A stretch of DNA of 63,904 nucleotides, counting the filler, from Hyphochytrium catenoides (lineage: Eukaryota > Protista > Hyphochytriomycota): assembly GCA_900088475.1 (NCBI GenBank). It is 11 parts of 11 records of this genome, joined end to end, with 100 filler letters (N's around TTAATTAATTAA, not from the genome) between each part and the next. Parts side by side here need not be neighbours in the genome. Positions count along the whole stretch, not along the records: positions 10,493 to 30,980 come from FLMG01000639.1; positions 31,081 to 33,025 come from FLMG01004628.1; positions 33,126 to 45,343 come from FLMG01003109.1; 8 more parts are not named here. One strand, given 5' to 3'. Below the pieces are notes generated by a model, which saw only the letters and a list, made by a program, of their open reading frames with translations, was not told the origin of the DNA and made no database searches. The stretch's first letter is position 1. Each line of letters starts with the position of its first letter. This document shows positions 22,431 to 34,766 of the stretch, one piece after another. A program made the translations under genes and the position numbers.

Positions 22431-23634
22431 TGCACTGACCGCGACGACCAACGAGCGTTAGGTTGAGGGCCCGGAACCAGACACTTTATTATGATAAAAA
22501 CCATTTGGGTTTGTCCGCTTGTATGCAATCAGAGTGAAACATCGTAGTTACTCTACTTATATCAAACCTATGGAACCATTCCAAGAAACACTAGAAATGC
22601 TCATGTTGTCTGTTGAGATCTCCCTCATTTCCTTTCGCAACCCGCCAACAGAAGGGTTTTGGGGACAAGCAAGTCTCAGGTAGCATACTTGATAGAACTA
22701 CTTGTTCTGCACATAGGTCCCGTAATTACAGCGTTCGACTCTACATATGTTTTCGAGTACTTGTTCTACGGCTTCCTGAGTGGCGAAGTGGGACTTTCTG
22801 TACTTGTTCACAAAAGTGAAATTAACCTGGAAGCCTGAAATCCAGCCGTAGCTTCCAGGGTACATAAGCTTCAAATCAAAAGCTCGTAAGGGAAAGATTC
22901 CCTTCCTTTATAAGTTGCAAAATGTTTCATCGCCGAAGCATAGAGTCAGACCCTACTCTTCCCTCCTTGCTCCGCACCTTTTTCTGATTCGTCTTGCTCT
23001 CTGTGAGCCTTTCCCGTCAATATAAAGCCCCTACGAGTAGTAGTTCTATCTAACTCTAGAGTACATACGACCAATAAGAAGGGCGTTGTGCCGTTATTAT
23101 TTCCCAATGGAATCAGTGCAATCAACAGCTCAATCAACCTAAGGCCTTGTTTCTAGTAGACGGTTATTGGCTGGCCCGACAGTGAGCTGGATGACAGAGC
23201 TCAATGCAGCTCGTCAATGCGTGGAGACGTTAGGCTTGTTCAAGCAAAAGGAGACTAAAGAATACTCCCTGCCGTAGCAACAATATTAGCAACAAGCAGA
23301 TTGCGGGAAACTCTGTAGGGGTGAAGAGAGAAGATTGGCACAGACAACTTAAACCTTGCGCTGCCACGACTCCTTCTGGGCTTCTCCCCATTTATCCCTA
23401 TACCAGAGTTGCTCTCTATTCTCTAACAGCGATTCCTTTTGGAGTATACCAGACTTGGCAGGGAGGTGCTGCAAGCTCTCTCCTTACGCTGAGAGAGTTG
23501 AGAGGTTACGAAGGCGCTTCTCAAGAAGGTCGACCTGCCTTTACAAGAAACTAGCAGGAAGAAGAGATGGCCAAATCTGCATTCGCTGATAGACAGGATA
23601 AGTAAGGAACCGTCGTCATTCGGCTGTAAGCCCG

Positions 23635-24849
23635 ATGATTGAGAGGCCAATCCTCTCGCTGAGTCTCTCCCCAAGTCCACTGATGGCTGGGGAGAGGGTA
23701 AGCTCTTGGGGCACGCCGGCCGGCAATGAGAATTCTCTCATGTCCCACATACTTGGCGGAACCCTAGCAAACCTAGGATTTCTATTCTCACAGCAACAAC
23801 AGCGCCTTCCATCGGGCTGGGGCCAATCAGGAGGCCGACCATGGTTTCAGGTATCGTCGTGTCTATTCCACGAACCGCTAAGAAAGAACGTTAGAGAGCT
23901 CAAACAGCTGGAGCAGTCGGGCTCATTGCATTACGCTGCTGAAGCGGAGTTGCGCAATCTCAAGGACTGGGTGCATAAACTTTCTTTGCTGTTGGAAGGT
24001 TTCTCGCAGCTAAAGATGACAATGAGTGAAGAGAGAGTGAAATACGGCTTCGTGACATATATCAACCCGGACTACCATTCCGTGTTTCAAGCCATCGACG
24101 AGACAGACACTCTATTAGCCAAACTCCTTGGGTCTGAAGACTGCCAGGATTTATTTGAGGAGGATGACCCGGAGAACTCTTCCAAAAAGAAAAGGAAGAA
24201 GATGGCGTTACGGAGTGCATCATTGGAGCCAGGGCACAGACTGATTTTAAGGGATGAGCTTATTTTGGAGCTCAATGGGAGACTGCGAAGCATTGCAGCT
24301 AAGCTAGAGTCCACAATGCAAGCGGAAGAGTCCCTGCTCTGGCCTCTTCTCAGCTCGCAATTTACCGAGGCGACTGAGCTGCACTGTGTGCTGGGAGCCA
24401 TCTCGCGGCAGGACTTCACCTCTGCCTCGGAAGCGCTTGCGCTTTGCGTCATAGTAGAAGGCTTGAAGCTCTGGGGCACCGTGAAAGAGAGCTTGCAATT
24501 GATCAGGTGCTTGTCCTTTGTCCAGCGAGTCCTCTTATTCGCGCCATGGTCCCAAAGATCCGGTCTAGTCACCGGCCTCACACCTTCGCAGCGCCTGCAT
24601 AATAGATCCCACTCTTTACCAGTGGGCTCTTCTCCTACTTCGGCAGCAAGAGGCTGGTGGTGGAGCAACCAGCTGGTTGGTAGAAAAGTCCGCCAGTCCT
24701 GCCCGTCAGACCTAGAATCAGGCTACGAGCACATGGATAGCAGCACGTCAAGCTTCACAGATGCAACCGACTGCTTTCTAAGCACGCCAACATCAGTGAG
24801 CACCATATTTAGTGTCGCGACTACTCCTGTCGCTTTGCGGGATATCTAG
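23635..24849 (+). CDS. Hypothetical protein with a degenerate hemerythrin-like helical domain
   Basis: 404-aa ORF; probable acceptor at 23793 with upstream exons unresolved. FHEPLRKNVREL and LESTMQAEESLLWPLLSSQFT recall hemerythrin (HHE) helices. Confidence 0.5.
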   Translation: MIERPILSLSLSPSPLMAGERVSSWGTPAGNENSLMSHILGGTLANLGFLFSQQQQRLPSGWGQSGGRPWFQVSSCLFHEPLRKNVRELKQLEQSGSLHYAAEAELRNLKDWVHKLSLLLEGFSQLKMTMSEERVKYGFVTYINPDYHSVFQAIDETDTLLAKLLGSEDCQDLFEEDDPENSSKKKRKKMALRSASLEPGHRLILRDELILELNGRLRSIAAKLESTMQAEESLLWPLLSSQFTEATELHCVLGAISRQDFTSASEALALCVIVEGLKLWGTVKESLQLIRCLSFVQRVLLFAPWSQRSGLVTGLTPSQRLHNRSHSLPVGSSPTSAARGWWWSNQLVGRKVRQSCPSDLESGYEHMDSSTSSFTDATDCFLSTPTSVSTIFSVATTPVALRDI

Positions 24850-25087
24850 GAAGTTGAAAGGAAATATGTTGCGCATTTTTTTCAAAACAGAAAGCTTTAT
24901 AAATATATTTAATCCTCCAGTCCATGTCTATATACATCCAAGTTAACTGCCTGATGCGTCCATGTCGACCAATAGATGAGTGAGCATAACTCCGCACCAG
25001 TGAGTGCTAGTCAAGTGGGAAGTCAGCTGGCACTTGCAATGCTCTCTTCTCACAATGCAGATTTCATGCGAGGGATCTTTTCACTCT

Positions 25088-26762
25088 CTACAAAGCGACG
25101 ACCACCACACTAACGTCATCATACCCTCGAGATGACCCGAGCGATTGCAGTCTTCCTGCTACCATCCGCGGATCATCCCCATACTTTTGCAGTGAAAACT
25201 GGACTTCTCCAACGACTTCGTTGTTTGTCAGGACATCCCACACTCCATCCGTTGCCAGCACCAGCATTTCCTGTCCTGGTTGATAGCTGTAGATCCTGAC
25301 GTCAGGGTCGGCAATAAGCAGCCGGCTGCCGTTGGAAGGCTTGAAATCAACGTCACCAATAGCGCGAGATGGTTCCTAGTGGGGTTGAGAGAGATAAATT
25401 GACAACCGTAAGTCTTTCTAGAATTTGAACCGTATGCTGCGGCAGAAAGCCCTAAAGAGGAAATGCCTATCCCCGTGGGGGGCAAAAGCCAAGATGAAAG
25501 TACAACGAGAAAATCTTAAGGTCTACAAAGTAGAAGTAAGCGATCATGTGGCAGATAACAATATCCAAGAGCATAGACAAGCAGTAACAGAGCAATCAGA
25601 GGGAATCGCTCTTTACCAGGATGCCGTTGATGCGATTATCGATTACTCGTCCGCCTTCTGAGACCACTCGAAGGCGCTCACATTTTAGCTTCACCGTATG
25701 ATCGTCTGAGAGTTGGTGGCAGTAGTCTCCAGCGTTTAACGACGACACTGAAGCTCTGCTCAAGGTCCGCGATAACTTGATTGCTCTGCAATCACCAGCG
25801 TTGGCTACCACCTGCCGTAGACCATGAAGCACATTAGCACACAGGGAAGAGCTGTTCTACATACGTGCCATATTGATGTCCTTACCAAGGAGTCAAGGTA
25901 CAGCGCTGCACAAATAAAGCAGCAGCCGCTGGTCTCGCCTGTTACCCTTTGTATGCCAACTACCTCTTCGTCGAGCTGGACAACCGCCTGAAATAGCGCA
26001 TCCTTGAGGTTTTCAACAGTGAGCTGGTTGTCTGTCTCGCATAGCGCCCGTAGTCGCTGCAGGAGAGCTCGAGGAAAAAAGAGCTGTGTGTAGGACGCTG
26101 CCCAGCTGCCACCATGCCCATCAAGCACAACTATATATCGCAGACGACCGGGGTTAGCGGGGGAGAATGTAGGGTACGACTTCACCGAAGGGGAAGGCAA
26201 TCAATAGCTCTAGGATTACGCGTATACAGAGAGGGACCAGCTGAACTGAGTAAACTCTCGCCAACACCCCTTCTCGGTGGCACTATACCTATAAGCATCA
26301 GCTTATCCAGCAGGAGGTCGGCTAACTCTTGCTCCTCTCCCTCAAGGAACAGTTTGAAGTCATCGATGATCAGGACTCGATCCTCATTGGCGTGAAAGGG
26401 ACTCCTGCACGATTCCGCGCCAACCTGTTCACCGAACAGGATGAGCCAACTGGGTAACATGAAGGAGAAAAGCGAGCGAAGTAGATGATCACCTGTTTGA
26501 GAGGCTTGCCATCACCTAAGACGTGCGTTACTATGGGCAATCTAGCCAATCTGCAAATATCAGCGGTCCCTGCCCCAGGAGCCACCTCAAACATGTCCTT
26601 AAAGCTTTCCACAAGAGTGTGCTGCGAGTCTGGGGCATCTACATTGCTCGTGCCTTCCTTGGCGGTGAAGTGTGGTTCATAAGCTAGAAGAAGCTTCTTC
26701 TCTTCTTCTTCGTCTTCTGTGCCTTCCGGTTCTGATGGAGCCTTCTTCTTCATGGACTCCAT
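25088..26762 (-). CDS. Protein phosphatase 2C (PPM family), multi-exon
   Basis: NEDR, VLDGHGG, SGCC, VANAGDCRA (exon 25617-25811), LSDDH, SRAIGD, LATDGVWD, DDVSVVVV* (last exon 25088-25375). 5' end uncertain. Confidence 0.92.
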
Positions 26763-27059
26763 CCTTTCTTAGCGCGATATGTGCAGCTCTGTGGTCGGTG
26801 GCTACTTTTCCACGTTCAGATGCCGCCAAGTTTCCAAGTGGTGCTTCAGTCCTCGGAATGGAGGAGCTGCTTGGTTGATGCTAGTGTCTCTATCAGAAGC
26901 AAAAGGAGTCGTGATGGGAGAAGGTGCTGAGAGCCCGAGACAGGAGAAGCGAAGCAAAAGGACTTGCCCGCTGGTCGATGAAACGACAAGATAATTTAGA
27001 CTAGCTGACAGTTCAACGGGGGGAAGAAGTGTTGTGTGGCAGGAGGTACAGGGGGAAGA

Positions 27060-27180
27060 GACAGAGCACGAGAGAGAGAAAGAGAGTGAGAGACAGAGAG
27101 AGACAGAGAGAGATAATTAGTGAGAGAGAGAGACAGAGAGAGAGACAGAAAGGGGGAGAGAGAGAAAGAGAGAGAGAGAC

Positions 27181-27219
<39 letters not shown>

Positions 27220-27230
27220 GTGAGAGAGGG
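27060..27230 (+). repeat. (GA)n/GACA microsatellite upstream of PP2C
   Basis: Seen directly; CT on the PP2C sense strand. Confidence 0.9.
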
Positions 27231-27957
27231 AGTGGGGCAAAGCATAGCATCACAGACTCCATAAACTGTAACTCAGAAACTCAGAACATCTTTGGGCTAC
27301 GGCTCGAGCTGTACACCCGCTGCATGTACACAACGACTACGCACTGCTGTCACTCGGTATGCAGTTGAAGTTTGAAACGCACTTCTCTTCTCATGAATCC
27401 TCATCCTTCCTGCCTGCGCTGATGGACGGCTGCTAAGAAATAAGCCAGCCTGCCTGCCGCTCGAGCGGCCGGAGTAGGGCAGGAGAGTCGCCGTCACATC
27501 ACACATCACGCAACTTTATAGAGGGCAAGCCAGGACGAGAGCGTTCAGAACCTAAGCCAGGTCCGCACCGCCCGAGGCAGCCCGTGTATCGTGCTCTTGG
27601 ACCAAGTGCCGCAGCGACTGGCGAGACTGACTAGATTGTAAGCACACAGCAGAGGCTGTGTTGCTGTTGAAGAATAACTTAGTAGTTTTACATAGAGGAC
27701 TGCCAAGAAGAAGCCCATCTAGTAATGTTCCTCTCCGAGAGTGGTTAACAAGATGTCTTCCTATGCTAGGCTGTTCGCATCTTGGAGCCCAAGGTGCCCT
27801 TCTAGTAGCTCGACCAACATCAGAGAGCGGAGGTGTGCCGGCTGGCGATAGGACTATCTTCTTGACGACAAACTTTGGCGACACAAAGAAGACACTACGA
27901 GAAGCTGCCCCCTCTCACTCTGTAGACTACCACTCACGCTGTATAACTGCATCCGGG

Positions 27958-30900
27958 CTAAACCTCCAAGACGTCAATGCCTTCCGCCTCCTTGTATGCT
28001 GCGTTGCTGGCCATGGGCGCCGGCTGATCGTCATCGGGATCATCGCCAAAGAGATCAAAGGCATCAACTGCTGCTCCAGTGCTATCGTCGCTGTCCTCCT
28101 TGTCTCCCCCTGACTCTTTTTCCTTCTTAGGGTCTTCGGTCTTTTTCTTTGTGCGAATTTTCAGCCCTTTTTCTCTAGAAAAGCGCGTGCTGGCGCCGTA
28201 AGGACCATAGGCAGGGGTTGTTGCCGCCGCCATCGTTATTTTTGCTTTCTCTGCTGGGCTGAGCTGTTTCAGAGGGACGCTCCCATCCTAGTGGTAGCGA
28301 GGAGAGACTTATCAGAACTAAACCGGGAGCCACGAGCTATCGTCAGACGTGGAAGATAGAGAGAGGAACATAGAGGGAGCAGCCGATTGAAGCCGAGAAA
28401 CAACCCAATGGAGCGCAGAGACATAAGGATATACCCAGAGAACTATCAGGAAGCAGTGACCCACAGCGCCTCACCTGAACAACCAGGAGGTCTCCACTGC
28501 TGGGCATGGCCCTACGATATAGGTCACTAGCATCCGAGAAGTCCAGCCAAGAGTGACAAGGCAGCTGTGAGACTTTAATCGTCTGATACGACGGCACCAG
28601 AAGGACTTGAAGATCTCGCAATGACTCTACACCATATATCGCTGCGAGCTTCTCCCCCAGGCGCTCAAGCTGTTGAGAATCGTTGAAGTCAGGCAAAAGA
28701 AAGTTGAGGAGCCGCTAAAAGTGCCAGAAAGGAGGCTGTCCGACCACCTTGATAAACAACAAAGGGGAGACATACCCATGATGCTTGTTCTATTAACGAC
28801 TGCTTCGCATATCCAGGCTGCTGCCCAATGTTGACTTCAATTTTCTTTCCTAAAGTCCATGACTCCCGATTAAACCACTGGCAACAGATGATGACCTAGT
28901 GAAAGGTGGATCAGAAGAGGGGTAGAGTCATGTGTGAACCTAGTCTATCCGTCTCTAATCCTCCAGATGTCAAGGAGGCAGCTCACCTCTCCTGAATTAA
29001 GTTTCTCCTCTCTTGGAAGAACTTGCACTCCTACGGTTCGACCTTCATAGAGCACTTGGGGTCCCGCCTGGTCCATCGTCGTTCCATCAACGTAAATCTT
29101 GGACATCCTATAATAGCAAAGGTGAGCGAGAGAGTTTAACGTGACCAGGCACAAGAGAGGGAGCAAGAAAGACGACCATGACAGAGAAGGAGCAACTGGA
29201 CGACAGGGGCTGATGAACCTTGAGCCAAGCACTTCTCGAAGCCTGACGCGGCGAGGTGATGCATCCTTAGGTAGCTTTCCCGCCTCCTTTAGCTTCTCCA
29301 TGACTGCTGTCCGAATGCCATCGATCTAAAGGCAGGAGAACAGAAGATAAATAATAAACAAAAGAGAAATGTTGGCGCACAGCGTTCGCTAGTGCCAGGC
29401 GGCACAGAAGAATTGTACTTCAAGGCGAAACCACCGTAACGAATGGCAAAAGAAACGATTTAGAAAGAAAAAGAACTAGGGCAAAACCATCATATTGCTT
29501 TTAGAATGCCTTCCTGGCCGCAAACCGCATGGTTCAGATCTTACCTTTGAACTCTTACTAATCACCAGGGTGGTCAGCTGCTCGATCTCATCCGAGTGCA
29601 CCGACGTGTCGACTATTAGACTCGAAATTGGTTTGCGCAGTGCTGCACCATCATGAAGTCAGAGAAAGGCTCTGCGTAGCTGCCCACCCCTTTCTAAGCG
29701 AATCTCTCCCTCACCGCATTGTCCGCCAGCAACCTGCACAGCCTTAGCGGGAGATGCAGGGTCACAATCGCCCTCAACCTCCATAGGATCGTTTACTCGG
29801 ACCCAGTCTGCCAGTCGCTTGGCGGTCTGTTCCTCTTCAGCCTCTTCCATCTTCGTATCCGATCCTGCTTTCTGTTCTTCGTTCTCTTCAGTAAGGCTAA
29901 AGTATGCCGACAGGTCCAGATCCTTAGGCCTATAGATAGCAAATTTTATGTTGAACTCTCCCAGACGTAGTGGCCTCCCGCGCTCAATGTGCACAGTTTG
30001 GTCCATCTGTGTAAATGCCTTGATTTGAAGCGTATCCTCCTGTTAAACGACAAATACCAGCGCAAAGCCAGGCCAGCTTTAGTGACTAAGAGTATCCAGA
30101 GAGTCAGTGGGACGGCATTGAGAAGTTATTGTGGGCCTTACCTTGATTTCTTGGCCATATGAGCTCGCTCTTTTCACTTTGAACTCGTCAGTCAAGAGGC
30201 CGATAACTTCAGCGATGAGTTTCTTCAGTACAGCGAAGGAGTCACGGCGATCAACACTGCAAGAGGCACCGCAACACGTGAGCTATCCCGGGACACTTCC
30301 AAGGTCTGCTGGATATTGTCTGAGCAATAGTCCTCGCTTTCTCTGAAAAGCCCTTATGGGCCCAAGGAAACAATATCTGTCTGCTCTCTCTCCCCTCTAC
30401 GCCCTAGACTTACATGACTTCTTGATCGTATTCCTTTTCGCCCGGCTTATTGAAGCGCACAGTGATTATATTGTCTAGTGCTTCCTTAGCCTTTTCCACA
30501 GCATCAGAGGACTGCTGTTCGCCGTCTCCATTCTCCTGCAAGTCGTCGTCTGACTGTTCTCGGCACTCGACGTAAAGATCTCCATTGAGCCTTAGGTCAT
30601 CCTTCAAAAGAGCTGTTTCCCCTCTCAAGACATACGACCGCCTCATCCAGGAGGTGGACTCCAGTCTCACAAACCGAAGCCCCAGACCTGGCCTTCCAAA
30701 AATCTTTGAAGCCTCCTCACGAAGTCCACGGAGGGTCGTATCCTGTCCAAAAACATTGCAAAGCCCCACAACCTGTTAGTCATCGACGGCAAAGAGAGGG
30801 AGAGAGAAGGCTTCTTTGTCATCTTCAAGACCAAGAAGTACCTTTGGGAACTGTCTAGAGATCGCGGGCTCAAACTTATTAGTCTTCGGATTGAGCAAGA

Positions 30901-30980
30901 TGAGGTTCAAGTTGACAGCTTCAGGGTCATACGGTGTCCAGCTCTCCCCTAAGCCATCCAAGCGTCAAAAGGTGCCATTA
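27958..30980 (-). CDS. USP47: USP47-like ubiquitin-specific protease, C-terminal UBL region, multi-exon, 5' truncated
   Basis: GRPLRLGEFNIK, RVRLRE, VQVLPREEKL, LGEKLAAIYGV, PLKQLSPAEK and REKGLKI follow the order of the USP47 C-terminus (LGRALKKGEY...REKLSEISGI...KEKALKI). Catalytic domain is off-contig. Confidence 0.7.
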
Positions 30981-31080
30981 NNNNNNNNNNNNNNNNNNNN
31001 NNNNNNNNNNNNNNNNNNNNNNNNTTAATTAATTAANNNNNNNNNNNNNNNNNNNNNNNNNNNNNNNNNNNNNNNNNNNN

Positions 31081-33025
31081 GACTCCAACACCTCCCCGCA
31101 GCTCGAACTCCCTATTGTGAAGGGTTGAAGCTGAACCTTCAACAAAAGTCACCGGTTCTTGAACCTGGAGAGAGTTGAGAGTCCCCGGCTGCTGCATCCA
31201 GAGTGAGCCTGCTGGGAGTACCTCTTTGCCAAGGGCGAGTCGAGTACAGAGTTGTGATCAGGAGTCTCACATTCCTCATACTCGTCACTTCCAAGCTTAT
31301 GTCGGGATCTGCTGCGGCAGCATGATCTGATGCCTCCGATCTTACTGAAGATTGATCATCTGAGTCTTCAGAGTACTTTTCACAGTTTAAATCATCAGCT
31401 GGATTCGGAGTTGGCAGAGCCGTCCGTCCGCAAGTGGCTCAAGAATATCAAACAGCAGTAAATCACTCTCAGTAGACCCAGCGTGATCCGTTCCACACTC
31501 TGCGGTTGCCTCATCAAAGACAACATCTCGACGCTCGATGACTGTCTGAGTCCCAAAACCGTAGAGCTGATATGCTTTCGAGTGAGAGCCATAGCCCACG
31601 AGAGCGTACTTCTTTCCCTTCGGGTCCAGCTTGCCGCGGTCGCGCTTTGGACAAGACCGAACGATCCAACATCTGGCGGACTACCAAACCACTTCTCATG
31701 CGGTGTCAGTCCATCTAACGTAGATGTGTAGGACCTGTCGTTGATATATGGACAGGTGTCTTCAGCGCTTCCGTCCACAAGTTGCGGGGAAGCCCCGAAG
31801 CGAGGAGCATGCACCGAGCTGATTCCACCAGAGTTCGTTGTCTGCGCTCTGCTACACCATTCAGTGACGGAGAGTATGGGGCTGAAAACTCGTGAATGAT
31901 TCCTCTCTCCTCACAGAAAGTCTTCATCTCCTCGGAGCAGTACTCGCCGCCTCTGTCACTGCGAAGTTGCTTCAGTTGTAGTCTGAGTTTCAGCCAACCG
32001 GACGAAAGTTCGCAGTGCCGCCATGACTTCACCCTTCGTCTTCAGACAGTACAGAAAAACTCTGCGAGAGTAATCATCCCCAAAAACGACATAGTAGCCA
32101 TGACCTTCCAAGCTTGGCACGCTGACAACTCCGACGTCTGTGTACAAGCTCCAGTGGCTGAGTAGTTTGTCCACTGGCTTTCTTCGGGAACCGCTGTCTG
32201 GTAAGTTTTCCGATCGCACAGTCTTGACAGAAGTCCATTTGAGAGTTGCTTGAGAGTCGAATGCCGTTGGCAGACTTAGCCAGTAGACGGACATCCGGCA
32301 CGTTAAGATGTCCTAAGCGCCTGTGCCATAGAGTCACGGACTTCGCGGAGACTCCTTTTGCGGGCTAGGCGGTCGAAGTGGTGCATAGGAGTGGTCATCC
32401 TTCTGGTCCACAGCCTCGATGGCAGTGCCAATGGCATAGAAGAGGTTGCCAATCTGTGTACCGAGGTGGGTCACTACAGTACTTCCACCAATCCTGTTGG
32501 TCTTCTGGAGCAAGATAATAGACTTTCCCTTTATCTTGAAAAAGGATATGACCACCCTTTTTGAGCTCTCGAGAGATTGAGAGCAAATGTTTGGGGAAGC
32601 CAGGGACATAAAGTACGTCAGTGAGAGCTAAGACGTTCCCATTTTGTAGCCGGACATCGATCCTGCCTTTACCGACTGCACACAAGGGCCGTTTGTCCGC
32701 AGCGTATAGCGTGATGGGTTCGATGTTTTGATAGTCGCGGAAACAGCTCTTTTCACCAGTGACTTGATCAGACGCACCTATCGATAATCCATGTTGGGTT
32801 CGTGAGCAGTTGAGGACAGTCGTGGTAGAAGATGAGACATTTGCGTAGTTGGAATCCTGGAGTGCATTTATTACTTCAGCTCTGTCATCTGCGTCAAGTG
32901 TGTGAGCAAGGGCAATACTGAAGGAAAACGGTTTTGTGCGTCGTCCCTCCTTGACGGATTTCCAGTTTCCTGAACGACGATGTGCATTGGACTCCAACTC
33001 CCAGCAGTCTTCTGTGTTGGAGTCT
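31081..33025 (-). mobile_element. Ty1/copia LTR retrotransposon pol fragment (protease, GAG-pre-integrase, integrase), frameshifted
   Basis: GASDQVTG...DVLYVPG..LLSIS, LWHRRLGHLN, CQDCAIGK, DDYSR, LRSDRGGEY, NGVAERRQRTL, RDVVFDE spread across several frames. Confidence 0.95.
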
Positions 33026-33860
33026 NNNNNNNNNNNNNNNNNNNNNNNNNNNNNNNNNNNNNNNNNNNNTTAATTAATTAANNNNNNNNNNNNNNNNNNN
33101 NNNNNNNNNNNNNNNNNNNNNNNNNAGATTTATTATGTAATAATTCGGGGTGATCTTTCATTTTTCTTCACCTTCCGCTCTGAGGCGAAAAATGAGCGAT
33201 CTTTTGAAAGGGTGTTCGCATCTGAGACACTCGAAAGAGTTCTTATTGTTCTGATGTTCCCCGTCAGATCCTGAATCTGACTGACAACTGTTGAAATGAG
33301 AACTGACAGTGACTGTGATATAGAAGGTAGCGCCAGTTTTATTGTAAATAAAACATTGCTAGTGCGAAATAAATGCCAGCTTGGCTTACAGTTTCGATAT
33401 CGAAGTCTGTATGGTTATTGGTTATGGTCATCAACCAGGACACACAAACTACGGCCGTACTACTACGACTACAGAGGGGATGTACAAGCGAGCCATTTTA
33501 TCCTCGGTTACTCTGTCCAACTGCAGTGTGCCAACATCTAAGTTGTAGTAGTGTTAGTGTTTTACTCCTTACCGTACTGCAGGTGCACAACAACGCACAT
33601 GGGTGCGTTTGGCAGAAGATAGATCTTGGACGCGCCGAGCTCTAAAATCTCTAGAACACTACACTCTTCAGATCTGATGAAGCTTCAAGGGCATTAGAGA
33701 TAGACAGCAGCACTGGTAACCGCTGGCTCCCGCTCATCTTCATGTCCAGGCCCCTATCTGTCCCTCCTCTTCCGCTGTCGTTCTGCGATAGTAACGCCTA
33801 CTGCAACTGATTCTCGATGACGACGAAGGTGGGCGCGTGACGTCCAGCTGCAAAAGAGTG

Positions 33861-34766
33861 ATGGCGTCGGGGTTCATGAAGGGAGAAGATGAACAACAGC
33901 TTGCTGCAAAGAACTGGGTTATTTGGCAGCTTACTGATTCCTTGTTACCCACTGGAGGGTTCGCACACTCGTTCGGCCTGGAAGCAGCTCAACAACTTAA
34001 CTTTGTCTGGAGCTCTTTGGACCTAGAGCGTTACGTTTCCAACACTCTGGAGCAGACAGGGGCAATGATGCTTCCTCTTGTCTACGGTGCATGGTGTGCT
34101 GCGTCATTGAGGGAAGAAAGTGTTTTAGAGTGGGAGGCCATCAGCCGATTCACAGATATACTCTTAACAAATCACGTGAGCCATCGCGCCTCCGTTGCGC
34201 AGGGCAATGCCCTGCTTAGGGTAGGGACTGAAGCATTTCCAGAATTCCAGCCTCTCCGGCTGCTCAAACGACAGATTTTGCGGCAGCATAAAAACTCCAA
34301 AAGAATCGTAGCAGATGAGAAAAGCCAAAACGCTAATAATGGTGAACCTAGCTTGCATCCTGCCGGCCCAACCCACTGGCTGGAGGGACAAGGCCGAGTA
34401 ATATCCGCACTAGGAACAATCAGGGCCCGTGTACATGCTGGACAACGCTTTGCTTCGGCTCTACAGCCTCATCATGCACCTGTTTTTGGTCTGCTGTGTG
34501 GACTGGCGGGCATCACATCGCAAGAAACCCAGAGAATGTACCTATTCTACACCCTCCGCGACTTGCTGTCTGCGGCTACACGGCTAAACCTCATTGGCCC
34601 CTTTCAAGCTGCAGAGATGACTGCCAGGCTAGGGCCGTCGTTAGGTGAAGAGGTACTGTCGCGGTATAAAAACAGAGATCCCGATCAAGCACATCAGCCT
34701 GATCCCTTCCTTGATGTGGTGCAGGGACTGCACGACACTTTATACACGCGTATCTTCAACAGTTAG
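33861..34766 (+). CDS. ureF: Urease accessory protein UreF
   Basis: WQLTDSLLPTGGFAHSFGLEAA, ASVAQGNALL, HHAPVFG, RDLLSAATRLNLIGP, HDTLYTRIFNS*. Possible in-frame 69-bp intron at 34398-34466. Confidence 0.95.
   Translation: MASGFMKGEDEQQLAAKNWVIWQLTDSLLPTGGFAHSFGLEAAQQLNFVWSSLDLERYVSNTLEQTGAMMLPLVYGAWCAASLREESVLEWEAISRFTDILLTNHVSHRASVAQGNALLRVGTEAFPEFQPLRLLKRQILRQHKNSKRIVADEKSQNANNGEPSLHPAGPTHWLEGQGRVISALGTIRARVHAGQRFASALQPHHAPVFGLLCGLAGITSQETQRMYLFYTLRDLLSAATRLNLIGPFQAAEMTARLGPSLGEEVLSRYKNRDPDQAHQPDPFLDVVQGLHDTLYTRIFNS

Noticed and set aside
33380-33530. SFDIEVC resembling a polB exonuclease motif
   Set aside because: Isolated short match with no other polymerase motifs.
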